Shown here: piece after piece, positions 11,027 through 22,143 of the stretch
How positions within the stretch are numbered: the stretch's first letter is position 1
How the letters are laid out: every line of letters starts with the position of its first letter
Source of the DNA: Neophaeotheca triangularis
Taxonomy: Eukaryota
Assembly: GCA_054600435.1 (NCBI GenBank)
Contig: BAAIJX010000080.1
Span: forward strand, 1-64,000
Direction of reading: 5' to 3'
DNA: 64,000 nt
Made by a program: the position numbers and the translations under genes
Notes under the pieces: generated by a model
The model's database searches: none
Told to the model about the DNA's origin: nothing
What the model saw: only the letters and a program-made list of their open reading frames with translations

Positions 11027-14000
11027 TCACGCAGCCGCGCCTTCGACGACCTTACAACCATCGGACACCATCTTAGTAATCTCCTCGTTCTTGTGCGGCA
11101 GCAAGCCCAGCGCGTAAGCGACATCCTGCCACTGGCGCTCAGATTCTGCTCGCAGCAAGCGCGGCGCCAGCTTCGAGGCGAGCTGTTTGGCGTGTTTGTC
11201 CTGCAGCAAGAAAAGTCAGTAAGGGGTACATGCCAAAATCCCCAGCCAGCATGACCGGCAGGGTCAGGACTCACCTTCTCGATAAACCCAGCCAAGAACT
11301 TGACGACCCGCCTGAACCGCTCCTCCTCCAAACCCTCATCCGACGACAGCAGCGAGAACATGTCGACGAAATGGTTGTAAACAGCGTTATCCTTGCCCGC
11401 GAGCTCGGCGAAGAACATGCGGCTCATTTCGCGCAGCTTGTCGTCCGAGTCCTCGACGCACTTTGCCATTTCGCCCAGTTGGCCTTTGACCTTGACTTGG
11501 CCGGCGAGAATCAGGAACGTCAGCGTCATCAGACACGTGCGTCGTACGGGTAAGCTCTTGTCGCCGAGGCGCCGATATAGGAAGTCGGTGTTTTCGTCAA
11601 TGAGGTGGTTGAAGCAGACGGCCATGTCGCCTAGGGCGACGACGAGGTTGCTGCGCGTCGTGGCACTGGGGCTGCGCTCGAGCATTGTGATGAGTAGGCT
11701 GAGGTGCGTTTCGCAGAATTCGGCGCTCACGCACATGAGTTTGGCAAGGCAGAGAGCGGCTTGGGCTTGCAGCTCGGCGCATGGGTAGGCAGTGTTGTTG
11801 CTGCAGATTTCGTGAACGAGGGGGCCGAAATTGCTCAAGAGGGAGTTGGGGCCGTAGAGGAGTTCGCGCTCACGGATGTGCGCCAAGGCGTCCGTGAAGT
11901 CGTCTTCGTTTGTGCCTGCCATGAGGTCGAGCTCATCAGCTGCTTCTTGCTCTTCTTTTGTCTTGGCGTCGGTTGCGGAGATGGATTTCTTGCTTCCAGG
12001 GGTCTTCTTCGTTGGGGAGGGGGTGGGCGCGATCTTCTCTTTGGCGGCTTTGCGGCGTTTGAAGTCTTGTTCGCAGAGCTCGAGGTGTACGATCTGCTTC
12101 AAGGCAATGTGGCCGACTGCGAACAGTAGCTGAGATAGTGGAAGAGCGGAGCTTAGGATCTTTTGCCCGTACTGCTCTTGAGTACTGGCTACCTCCGGAG
12201 CCTGTTCTTCTTCCGGCGGAGTGGGTGGTAAGTCGCTCATTTCAACATCACCTTCTTCGTCCACTGGGCTTGCACCTCTCCCCGCTTGCTGTGTCGGAGC
12301 AGGCGTAGTCGAAGCAGCAAACACAGCCTTTGTCTTCTTCTTCAAGACCTGAGAGCATAGTACATCGGGGTGCTTGCTGAGAGCGTAGATCGCACCGATA
12401 GCCTGCTCAGCAAGCCCATACCAATCGCGGCTTTCACTCTGAATCTCAAGCAACGCAGCCAAACGAACCAGCACAGCGTGGTCATTTGGCAGCCTCGTGC
12501 TCGGTTTAATCTCCGTCCCTTTAGTCGGCTTATTGTTAGTCATTCGCATGAGGGCCACGCAAGTATACCGCGCGAGTATAAGGTCTTTGCGGCCAATCGA
12601 GCCTAGACCGATGCGGAGGCAGACTTCCATTTCTCTGATGACAACCTCTGGGTCGGCCAAAGCGAGCATGCCAAGAACGATGATGGCGCCTCGCCTTTGC
12701 TGCTTGCTGATTTCCTTCTTCTGAACGCCGTAAACTTGCCACAACTTTTGAATTACCAGATCACTGACAGCTTTTTCTCGGTACATTGTAGCCAGTAGCT
12801 GCTCTAGACTGGTGAGCTCAGCGTTGCTCGCGCCGAAGGTTAGACTGATCATGTTGCGTGCGACGAAGTTTGCAGCATCGTTGGCGCTGAAATTCCCGGG
12901 CGCATCAAAGAAAAGTCCTTTGTAGCACTCAATGAGGTGGTTCTGCACGCCCTTGCCTTCGTCAGAATTGCCCTTGGTCCAGATGAGCTTGAGCATTTTT
13001 CGAATGCCAGTTTTGGCGCTCTGAAGATGATAGGCATCGGCTACCACGAAGAAGTCCATGGCTTCGATGACCTCCGATTTGTTCTTGCTACCGAGAAGTT
13101 GAACGATGTGTGGTGTAGCCTCGTGTAGAGTCTCGATAAAGCGAATGGCCTCGATATAGTAGCGTCTGGTGAGCTGCAGCTTGTTCATGGCTTCTGCTGT
13201 AGCTGCGTCTTCTTGGGCCTTCTGAAGAGCAGCCATCTTCTGCTCCTCTGTCATGGGTGCTCGCTCCTCGACTTGGGTAGCTTCGTCCAAAAGGCTGCCG
13301 TCGACAGTCTGTTCATCAGGATTCATCCCTTCCGCCAGTCCCGGCGCGCCCTCGGGGGGTTTCAACGCATTGAGCTCACTCTCGCAAGCCTCGAGGCGGT
13401 CATTCCACTCCTTGTAGCCGAGGAGCCCGCCGTGAAGAACAGCAAAGGGGTGTGTTGCGATGAGTTTCGCTAATAGCTTGATGGCATTCTTCCTCACATT
13501 GCTGCTCTTGTCCTCCAGACTCCGCGTTGCCAGCTCAGCCGCAGTCTCCCTACGCTTGGGGAATTTCGTTTCCAGATCACATAGCCGGACGTAGACCTGA
13601 ATAGTTCTACATCTGCAGTACGGGTTGATGTCGAGAAACCGCTCCTCGAGCACGTCGAAGAAAGTAGCGATCTGCCCCTTGTGATTCTCGCTGCGGTCGC
13701 CCTCTTCGATTTTGCTCAGCATGGAAATGAGATTTCCGCATACTTCGATGATGGCGCATCGTAGTGTGTAGTTCTCACTCTGGAGAAGCTTGGCCAACAG
13801 CGTCCCTTGTTTTTGCACCAGCCTCGGTGCCAGCTCGCTCAGCTTGATCACAAATGTGCTGACACTTTTCGGTCCACGGGTGTCGCTTTCGCTGAATTCC
13901 TTGTTGCTCAACTCTTTCATAACCTCCTCCGCAAGCTGAGCATAGTCGTATTGCTCAGACAGAATGTTCAGGAATTCCGCCATGGGCTCCGCTAAGTGTT

Positions 14001-14862
14001 CGAAGTAGGTTAGATTCTGGATGATGCTCGTTTGGGCTCCGTATGCATGGCCATGATGTTTGATAGCGACACACAGCACCTTGAAGGCGTGCATGCGGAT
14101 CGCAGTGCTCTTCACGCGCGCTTCGGACTCCAGGAGTTGGTAGACGGGCCTAGTAAACAAAGAGATGAAAGTGTCCCGCTCGCTCGTAGTAACAAAGATC
14201 TTTGCGAGCTTGAGCTTCATCACTTTTGTCATGGTCTCCAGGGAACTCTGTATCTGCATGGAAGGGTCCCATGGTCCATCCTTTGTGGCTTTTTTGCTTG
14301 ATTTACCGCCCTTTCCTCTTCCCGGGGCGCTCGCGGGCTTTTCAGCGCTCTTGGCTTCAACCGCAGCAATGCACCACTGTAGTAGAAATGCGAATGCTTC
14401 CAATATGTGCTTGTGGTGCGCAGTCTCCGATTCACCGTCTTGTTCTTCGTGATGGACAATCTCCGCTTCGGCTCCCAATCCGGACACGACAAGGTCTAAG
14501 AGTTTGCCGAGTGAGGCAGGCTGTATGAACGAGGCTTGTCTAGATTGCGCGAATAACATGCAGTCAGTAGCGGCTACTTGAGGAAGAAGGACTGCCTGCC
14601 GGGGTGGCAGGAAAGTAGGTACGCACTTGAGGAGGAAGATGATGCTATCGAGGTGAGAAGATCTCAAGATAGCTTCCGGATTCTCTGCGACCGCTTCAAT
14701 GATGGGATTCAATGCGCTGCTGACCAAACCAGGCGTGAGGGCATCTGGGTCGCTTTCGCAGTCTACGAGCTCAGAGTCGGCTTCGAGACATGGTACTGAT
14801 TGAGGGTCGTCCAGGTACGACTTGAGGGCAGCGTTGACGTCGAAGTCATTGGAGTCGCCCAT
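11027..14862 (-). CDS. YCS4: Condensin complex subunit 1 (Ycs4/Cnd1/CAP-D2)
   Basis: ERFLDINPYCR, SKNKSEVIEAMDFF, LILAGQVKVKGQLGEMAKC. Introns 14626-14540 (87 nt, in frame) and 11274-11201; last exon DKHAKQLASKL. Confidence 0.93.
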
Positions 14863-14966
14863 GCTTGCGATCAAAATGCGCTTGTATGCGCCAGATCGTG
14901 TTGTCGTCTTGACCTTGCTGTAATCTCATGCGCGGTCTGATGTCAAAGTTGTGTGTTATTTTGCTT

Positions 14967-15024
14967 CCTAATCGGGATGGCTTTGTTTGTTTGCCCCGCG
15001 TCTTCCCGGCGCGTCGTTTCCGCG
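14967..15024. promoter_or_regulatory. Putative cell-cycle elements (Mcm1/CArG-like site and ACGCG MCB cores) in the YCS4-CDC7 divergent promoter
   Basis: CCTAATCGGG 14967-14976; CGCGTC at 14997 and 15010; TTTCCGCG at 15017. Confidence 0.45.
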
Positions 15025-15207
15025 CAAAGCTCCCTCCCCAAACTCCTAGATGCGATAGGTACGAGTGTTACTACACTTCCCTGTACGCTGCAAGGTACCC
15101 GCTGCATCTCTGCTCTAGGGAGCTCACATATTCGCGACCCATTACTTTTGCTCCTTACTCAGGCCATCTCCGCATCTTGGTGAAGTGGTAGAAAAGCAAG
15201 GCAAAAG

Positions 15208-16596
15208 ATGGCTTCAAATGCTAGGAGAACACGCGAGCCTGCACAACAGCAGGCCGTCAAGAGGGAGGCATCTAGTTCGGAAGAGGAAGAAGACGACGAG
15301 GTCATGCACGAAAGCGACAGTACTCTCACGGACGACGGCATGGAAGTTGACGACTACGTTCTAGACGACATGGAGAAATTCGAGGCCAGTTTCAAGAACA
15401 TCAGCCAACGATACAGACTGATCAACCGCATTGGTGAGGGCACTTTTTCGACCGTCTACAAAGCTGAGGACCTGCTATACGAGCACTACGATAACCGCTG
15501 GGACGTATACGCCGATTGGGAGGCACGGGATACTGGTGTACCCAAGTCTGCGAGGCCTCATCTCGTCGCCATCAAGAAGATCTACGTCACCTCCTCACCG
15601 ATTCGGATTTTCAACGAACTCGAGTTGTTGTACGACCTACGGCATTCGCGCAATGTCGCTCCCTTGATCACTGCTTTCCGACACCAAGACCAGGTCATTG
15701 CTGTTCTACCTTACTTCAAGCACAAGGATTTTCGGGACTACTACCGCACCCTCAGCGTAGGTGATATGAGAGTATACCTGCAGTCACTCTTCACAGCATT
15801 GAAGGCAGTGCACGAGGTAGCCATTATCCACCGCGACATCAAGCCGACCAACTTTCTTTACTCCCCCGAAACTCAACGTGGCGTTCTTGTCGACTTTGGT
15901 CTCGCCGAGCGCGAAGGGACAGACTACCATCACTGTGCCTGCGTGCTTGAACCCCAGGAACGTGCCAAGAAAATCGCCAGCTCGACCTTCATCAAGACAC
16001 AGCAAGCACAGCGAGCCTCAGGACAATCCCAATCAGGTCCAGCCTACCCAACTAACGATCAACGCCATTCTCGCCGCGCCAACAGAGCAGGAACCCGCGG
16101 TTTCCGTGCCCCAGAGGTGTTGCTGAAATGCACTGCACAAACCGTACTGATAGACGTCTGGTCATGCGGCGTCATTCTGCTCACGCTCCTCTCTAAACGT
16201 TTCCCCTTCTTCCACTCGGCGGACGACATCGACGCCTTTATCGAGATGTGCACAATCTTCGGACGCAGGAGGATGGAGAAGACTGCCCTACTTCACGGCC
16301 AAGTTTTGGAGACTAACCTGCCGACTGTGACGGAGAACGGGCACAGCTGGGAGAAGCTCATACTTTGGTGTACAAACAGGAGTAAGAAGGATGGCACGGG
16401 TAAACTTACGGAAGAGGAGCTTGATGCGATAGATTTCATGCAGGGATGTTTGGAGTTGGATCCCGAAAAGAGGATGACCGCCGTGGATGCGTTGGAGCAT
16501 CCTTTCTTGTACGATGCGCCAGTCAGGCGGGAGAATGGCGTCGAGAAACAGCAGAATTCCGGTGAAGAGGAAGCGCTTGAGAGTGAGAATTACTGA
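15208..16596 (+). CDS. CDC7: Cdc7/Hsk1 DDK catalytic kinase
   Basis: IGEGTFSTVYKA, VAIKKIYVTSSP, HRDIKPTNFL, LVDFGLAE, RRANRAGTRGFRAPEVLLKC. Confidence 0.95.
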   Translation: MASNARRTREPAQQQAVKREASSSEEEEDDEVMHESDSTLTDDGMEVDDYVLDDMEKFEASFKNISQRYRLINRIGEGTFSTVYKAEDLLYEHYDNRWDVYADWEARDTGVPKSARPHLVAIKKIYVTSSPIRIFNELELLYDLRHSRNVAPLITAFRHQDQVIAVLPYFKHKDFRDYYRTLSVGDMRVYLQSLFTALKAVHEVAIIHRDIKPTNFLYSPETQRGVLVDFGLAEREGTDYHHCACVLEPQERAKKIASSTFIKTQQAQRASGQSQSGPAYPTNDQRHSRRANRAGTRGFRAPEVLLKCTAQTVLIDVWSCGVILLTLLSKRFPFFHSADDIDAFIEMCTIFGRRRMEKTALLHGQVLETNLPTVTENGHSWEKLILWCTNRSKKDGTGKLTEEELDAIDFMQGCLELDPEKRMTAVDALEHPFLYDAPVRRENGVEKQQNSGEEEALESENY

Positions 16597-18381
16597 TTGA
16601 AGCTGGTCATGTCGTACTCTCGTTGGTCGGTTGGAGGCGAGCAGTATGCCGGTCGACAACATGTTGTGAGAGGCTGTGCACAGCTGGGAGGGCGCAGCTT
16701 TGGCAAGGCGTCCTGTCTTCGTGGCTGTGGAGGAGGATTTGCTTCGTGAACCAAAGATACCCAATTTCGTTACTAGGTAGCTGCATACCTGTCCTGTGAT
16801 CGTTACTGTTAGTGTATTGTTCTCAGCTCCGTCGGCCGCATCCATGAATGTTCGCTCCACTTTCGGCCATGGGTGAAATAGTGACACCTGCGCCGAGATG
16901 GAAATCACGCTCGCATGCAAACCTCGCAAGCTGCGAAGTTGAACCTTGAATACGCCTCGTGCGCTCTACACCGGCGGCATTTGCAAAAGTCAGTAAAGTA
17001 TGATTCCGCCATACCTTATCGTATCGCGATGACCTCGGAGTGATGAAGTGGTGGTAGGGTCGGGGTGGATCTCATCACGGCAGGCGTTTGGTGGAGCGGA
17101 CATTGCGGAGCGGGCAGACGGATCAAAAGACCCGCCCTCGTCTCGAGCTCCTTGCGAGTCGCACCTCAAGTAGCAACCGCCAAGCCAGCAAATCCACCTG
17201 GGCAAGAAGGTAGTGAAGGTAGGAGGTAGTAGTAATTTTCAGGTGAAGGATTTCTACCTGACTTCTGGGATCCACTTCCAAGGCCACAAGGCTGAGTGAG
17301 ATTGGCTCCAAGAACTTGGTCGGCCTCGGGGCGCAAAGCATTTCCCACATTTTTGTCTCAGCCTTATGCAGGCCCGCCTTCGGCCGTCCACGGCCGTCTC
17401 AGCCTTGCGTAGGTAGCGATCAAGCGGCTCCGGCCTCCCGTTCTGCCCCTTGACGTATTTTGTTATTTCTGCCCTGACTTCAGCTGCCCGTTTTTCTCGG
17501 ACTACTACCAGCTACCACCTCCTAAACACCCCGCCGTGGCAGAGCTTACTTCGAATCCATGGCCCCTCACCTGTCGTCTCCTTCCCTACCTCGCGTACCC
17601 AACACCTTACACGTCACACGAGTCAGCCCAGCGCGCTTGGTGAGCGTCTCATCAGCAAGCTGAACCTTGAGTGCTGATAATACCTAAATTATTGATCAGC
17701 CTTGCAAGGCTGAGCGCCACCATCACCGGCAGTAGTAGCGCAAAGTAGGACATGTCCTCCCAAGGTTCTTGGGGTGACTGCCGGCCACTCGGTAACATTC
17801 CACGGGCCTCTTGGCATCCAAGCATGTTTGCACGAGGCACTTCCTGGTGAAGAAGGTTTGCTCTCCCGTAGCCACCGACGCATGCGAGCTTTTACTAGCA
17901 CTCCTTCCAAGCCTCTCATTCGCATGTTAGGTTATTATTATTGTTACTACCTTTTTACTCTCCTGGCGATGAAGACCCGCGCGACTGCCACTACGGCCAA
18001 CGGCACCACTATCAAGGCAGTCCTGACTCCTACCAAGCACCTAGGGCTTGACCAGGTGGGTGTCCTCACGCATCTAACCATGCGTATATATATACAAGTA
18101 GTGCTATCACGCGTCCCGCCCCGATCCTCCACTCGTCGCTGCCGTCCTCCAGAGACGTGACCCAATACCTATAATAATAACTACGAGCCACGCCCTGATC
18201 CATCAACACGAAAGCACATGGCAACCGTTCCTGTCTCTTGATCCACTTCGTTACTTCCTCAGGACTTGATACTCCTACCACCTCTTCCCTGCTTGCCTTT
18301 CTTGCCCTGCCAGCAAGTACCCAAGCTACTACTGACTAGCATTCGAACAATCATTCCACCGAACCGCAAGCAGTCTTATGC

Positions 18382-19668
18382 ATGGCTTACCAAACATTTA
18401 ATCCCAAGGACTCCCTACCTCACCACATCCAACATGTCCGCCGAACCTCTCCCACACGTCGCGCGTGGAAGCGCGGCGTGCCTCGCGCCGCTAAGCTAGT
18501 CCTATGCGCCCTCGTTGCGGTTTTATTTTTCGGACCTGTATGGGTGAAACTGCAATCATGGTGCGACAACTCTCTCAGGACACTGCCGACCATCTTCCCC
18601 GGCGCTCACAAGGCGGTTCCAGCACCGAGTGAACCAGTGCGCCAGCAAAAAGGTGGCCGAATCGACGACCAGTATCTTTTCATGAAAGAGCTCGGCAGCG
18701 GCATGGAGGGAAGAGCGGCGGTATACTCGGATCTCGCGAGCGGCGATCAAGTGGTTGTGAAGATTTACACGCAAGATGCTCGAGACCCTCTCCCTGAGGA
18801 GCTCGAAGCCTCCTTTTCCAATGTCACTTCCACCTGGCCCTCGGAAATTGAGGTCGAGACCCATCTTAGCAGCCTTCTCCCTGCCAACGACTCCGGCTAC
18901 GTCCACATGCTCGATTACTTCATCCTCAAGGACACTGATTCCAAAGCCGATTCTGCGGCCTCCGATTCCTGGTCCTGGGCTATGGTGACCCCTTTCATGT
19001 CTTCGGGCACCCTAGTTAAACTCGCCAGCTCCCTCAACATCGACAGCCCTACGCCTGGCAAAATCGACAAAACCTTCCGCCCAGCCTTCAACAACATGCT
19101 CGCCTCCCTCGCCCTACTGCACAAAGCTGGCATGTGTCACGACGACATCAAACCCGACAACGTCTTCATAGGCAAAGAGCAAGAACACTGGCTATTGGGT
19201 GATTTGGGCAACGTGCGACATATGGACCACCCGTGGCACAGCACACGGACATGGCGGAACCGCAACCAGTGGGCAAACTGCCAGCTCAACGACGTGAGGC
19301 GGGCCTTGAAAACCTACCTCTCCTTCATTCGCGACGCATCTCCGGATCAAGAAGCTTTCGACACGGCTTTCTACGCGGAAGAAGAGCCTTGGAGTCGTCT
19401 TTACTGGCAATTCATGCGCTGGCCGGCGACTGTGAACCCCCTGCTAGAAATCTCCAAGATCCTGGAACCTGACAACGAGGCTTCTGAACCTACGCCGTCG
19501 GAAGGGAGTCAAGGGCAGGAGGACCTGCATTTGAGCTTGGCAGTGACGCGCGAGCTCACGTGCACAACGCTGCCTCCGGGTATCTTGACGTGGTGGAAGT
19601 TGGGGGGTTGGTGGCGGGAGCATAAGTTAGAAACGCCGCCGGCTTGGCCTGTTGAGCGGGTTGTTTGA
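18382..19668 (+). CDS. Atypical protein kinase-like protein with an N-terminal transmembrane anchor
   Basis: Basic patch followed by LVLCALVAVLFFGPVWV; GSGMEG loop, VVVK, HDDIKPDNV, LGDLG. Confidence 0.8.
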   Translation: MAYQTFNPKDSLPHHIQHVRRTSPTRRAWKRGVPRAAKLVLCALVAVLFFGPVWVKLQSWCDNSLRTLPTIFPGAHKAVPAPSEPVRQQKGGRIDDQYLFMKELGSGMEGRAAVYSDLASGDQVVVKIYTQDARDPLPEELEASFSNVTSTWPSEIEVETHLSSLLPANDSGYVHMLDYFILKDTDSKADSAASDSWSWAMVTPFMSSGTLVKLASSLNIDSPTPGKIDKTFRPAFNNMLASLALLHKAGMCHDDIKPDNVFIGKEQEHWLLGDLGNVRHMDHPWHSTRTWRNRNQWANCQLNDVRRALKTYLSFIRDASPDQEAFDTAFYAEEEPWSRLYWQFMRWPATVNPLLEISKILEPDNEASEPTPSEGSQGQEDLHLSLAVTRELTCTTLPPGILTWWKLGGWWREHKLETPPAWPVERVV

Positions 19669-19890
19669 GGGGTGATGTGGTTGGATGATGGCTTTTGTTT
19701 CCCATCAACGGTCGCCTGGTTTGCTGTGATACCCTCCTTGTATGTATTTTAGCGCTCTTGTAATGCGGTGCTTTCGATTGTGAGAATAGAACCTAAGTTG
19801 AGTGGTTACACACTTCGTTGGCCTGAGATTGTATTCAATAAGGAGATTCGAAATTACATGTAGTGTGCTCTCAATGCTCTGTTAATGTTC

Positions 19891-20023
19891 GAACCCTGGC
19901 TCTTGATCAAGGGTATTCACTATTCTCCTTATTAATCTACCGTTGATCGCTAACTTAGGTACCTTTGCACTAGTTACTTGATCAGCAGAAACGGCGACGA
20001 TCACCTCGAAAGAGCCAGGGTTC
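19891..20023. repeat. Perfect 14-bp inverted repeat spanning 133 bp
   Basis: GAACCCTGGCTCTT (19891-19904) and AAGAGCCAGGGTTC (20010-20023). Confidence 0.8.
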
Positions 20024-20149
20024 TCTTGGCAGGGACGGTGAAGTAAATAGCTACATCATGCCAACTGCCTCGAACACCTTTCCAAGGTTGCACTCGATCA
20101 GACTGTTCTAATTGCACCGCTCGAAGCTCAATCTCCCAATTCATTCACA

Positions 20150-22059
20150 ATGTCAATCACATCAGGTAAGCAAAACCTTGCCAAACCTACCAAACTCAGC
20201 GCCCTGCAATACTAACCCCCCCACCAGAAGCAGTCTGGGCAGCAACCCCGTCGACCACCCGCGGCGCGCCCACCCCCCTCCACAGCGACAACAAAGGCCA
20301 GCGCCTGACCTACGCCTCGAACAAATCCATCTTCGTCCGCTCCATCGACGACCCCTCAGTTTCCAAACAGTACACTCAACACACAGCGCCCACGACAGTC
20401 GCCCGCTTCTCGCCATCAGGCTTCTACATCGCCTCGGGCGACATCACGGGCGCCGTGCGCGTCTGGGACGCCGAGGGCGCCGAAACCACAAAGGGCGACT
20501 ACCACATTATCGCCGGCCGCATCAACGACATCGCCTGGGACGGCGACAGCCAGCGCATCATCGCCGTCGGCGACGGTAAGGAGCGCTATGGGCACTGCAT
20601 CACGGCCGACAGCGGCAACAGCGTCGGCGAGATTAGCGGGCACAGCGGGCAGATCAATAGCGTGGGGATTCGGCAGCAGAGACCGCTGCGCGCCGCGACG
20701 GGGAGCGATGATACCAGTTTGGTCTTTTATCACGGCGCGCCGTTCAAGTTTAATACTAAGATTGGGGGCAAGCATGAGCGGTTTGTGTACGGGACTAGCT
20801 TCTCGCCCGATGGCAGTTGGTTGGTGAGTGTGGGGAGCGATAAGCGGATTTGGCTGTATGATGGGAAGACGGGGGAGGCGGTGAAGCAGGTTGGCGAGGG
20901 GGTGCACAAGGGGAGTATCTTTGGGGTTGCGTGGAAAGCTGATGGCAAGCGGTTTGTGACTTGCAGTGGGGATCAGACGGTCAGGGTTTGGGAGGTGGAG
21001 AGTGGTGAGTGTGTGCGGTGTTGGAGGATGGGGGAGGACGGGAAGGTGAGTGTGCCCGATCAGCAGGTGGGGGTTACGTGGCCGTTGGGGAGGAGTGATG
21101 GATTGATTGTGAGCTTGGATTTGGAGGGGAATTTGAACTATTTCAGGGAAGAGGAGGAGGCAGGACCTGTGAGGGTTGTTAGGGGCCACCAGAAGGCTGT
21201 GAATGCTGCGGGGGTCTTGCAGGAGGGCAAGACGCTATGGACGGGCAGCGCTGATGGGAGGGCGAGGTGTTGGGATCTCGTTACTGGCACTGCAAAGACT
21301 GTCGATGGCGAGATGCATTCGAACTACGTCTCTGGCGTCGCCGCGTCGCCGCAGGATGGACGAATCTACACCGTCGGTTGGGACGATACCCTCCGGACGA
21401 TCGACGGCTCCCAATGCTCCTTCACCGGCAACGTTGCAAAAACCGACGGCCAACCAAAAGCCACCGCCGTAGCTAGCATCGGCTCAAAAACCTTCACACT
21501 CGTTGCCACAACCAACGGCCTCCGAATCTTCTCAGAAGGCACCCAGCTCGAAAATCCCAACCTCCCCAACCCGCCCACCTGCGTTGCAGCGAGCGGCGAA
21601 ACGGTAGCAACAGGCTCCGACGACAAAACCATCACGATCTCAAAAGTCACCTCCTCCGGCTCCCTCGAACGCCTCACCGAGCTCAAAGACGCCACCGCAC
21701 CTATATCGACCCTCGCCTTCTCCCCCGACACCACACACCTCGCAGCGGGCCTCAGCAACGGCAAGATCTTCGTCTACGGCGCCTCCTCCGGTAACTGGGT
21801 GCTGGAGACGAACAGGTGGTCCGCGCACACGGCTCGCGTCACTACTGTCTCATGGTCGCCGGATGGCAGGAAAGCAGTTAGCGGTGGGCTGGACACGAAT
21901 GTCTTTGTCTGGTCGCTTGCGGATCCCGGCAAGAGGGTCAAGGCTATGAATGCGCACAAAGAGGGCGTGGGCGCTGCTGTGTGGGTCGAGGATGGCAAGG
22001 TAGTGTCTTGTGGTGCCGATGCTGCGGTCAAGGTTTGGAGGGTTGAGGGTGTAAATTGA
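20150..22059 (+). CDS. AIP1: Actin-interacting protein 1 (WD40 double beta-propeller)
   Basis: ATG 20150, intron 20166-20227, then AATPSTTRG, WDGDSQRIIAVGDGKERYG, DSGNSVGEISGH, GAPFKF, RWSAHTARV. Confidence 0.93.
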
Positions 22060-22115
22060 AAGGGGCTGGAGGGTGGTTTCAATGCTCTAGATTGTTCTTC
22101 TCAATGTTCTGGGAC

Positions 22116-22143
22116 TGATAGCACGTGATAGCACGTGATAGCA
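22116..22143. repeat. 10-bp tandem repeat (TGATAGCACG) of about 2.8 copies in the AIP1 3' region
   Basis: tgatagcacgtgatagcacgtgatagca. Confidence 0.8.

Noticed and set aside
16600..18300. Possible telomerase RNA, TPP riboswitch or hammerhead (CTGATGAG on the minus strand near 17648-17655)
   Set aside because: No TAACCC-repeat template, no TPP core in the right order, and no GAAA partner or helices for a hammerhead.
19886..19900. GTTCGAACC resembling a tRNA T-loop (also GTTCGA near 7275 and 45572)
   Set aside because: No T-stem, D-arm or acceptor stem can be formed.
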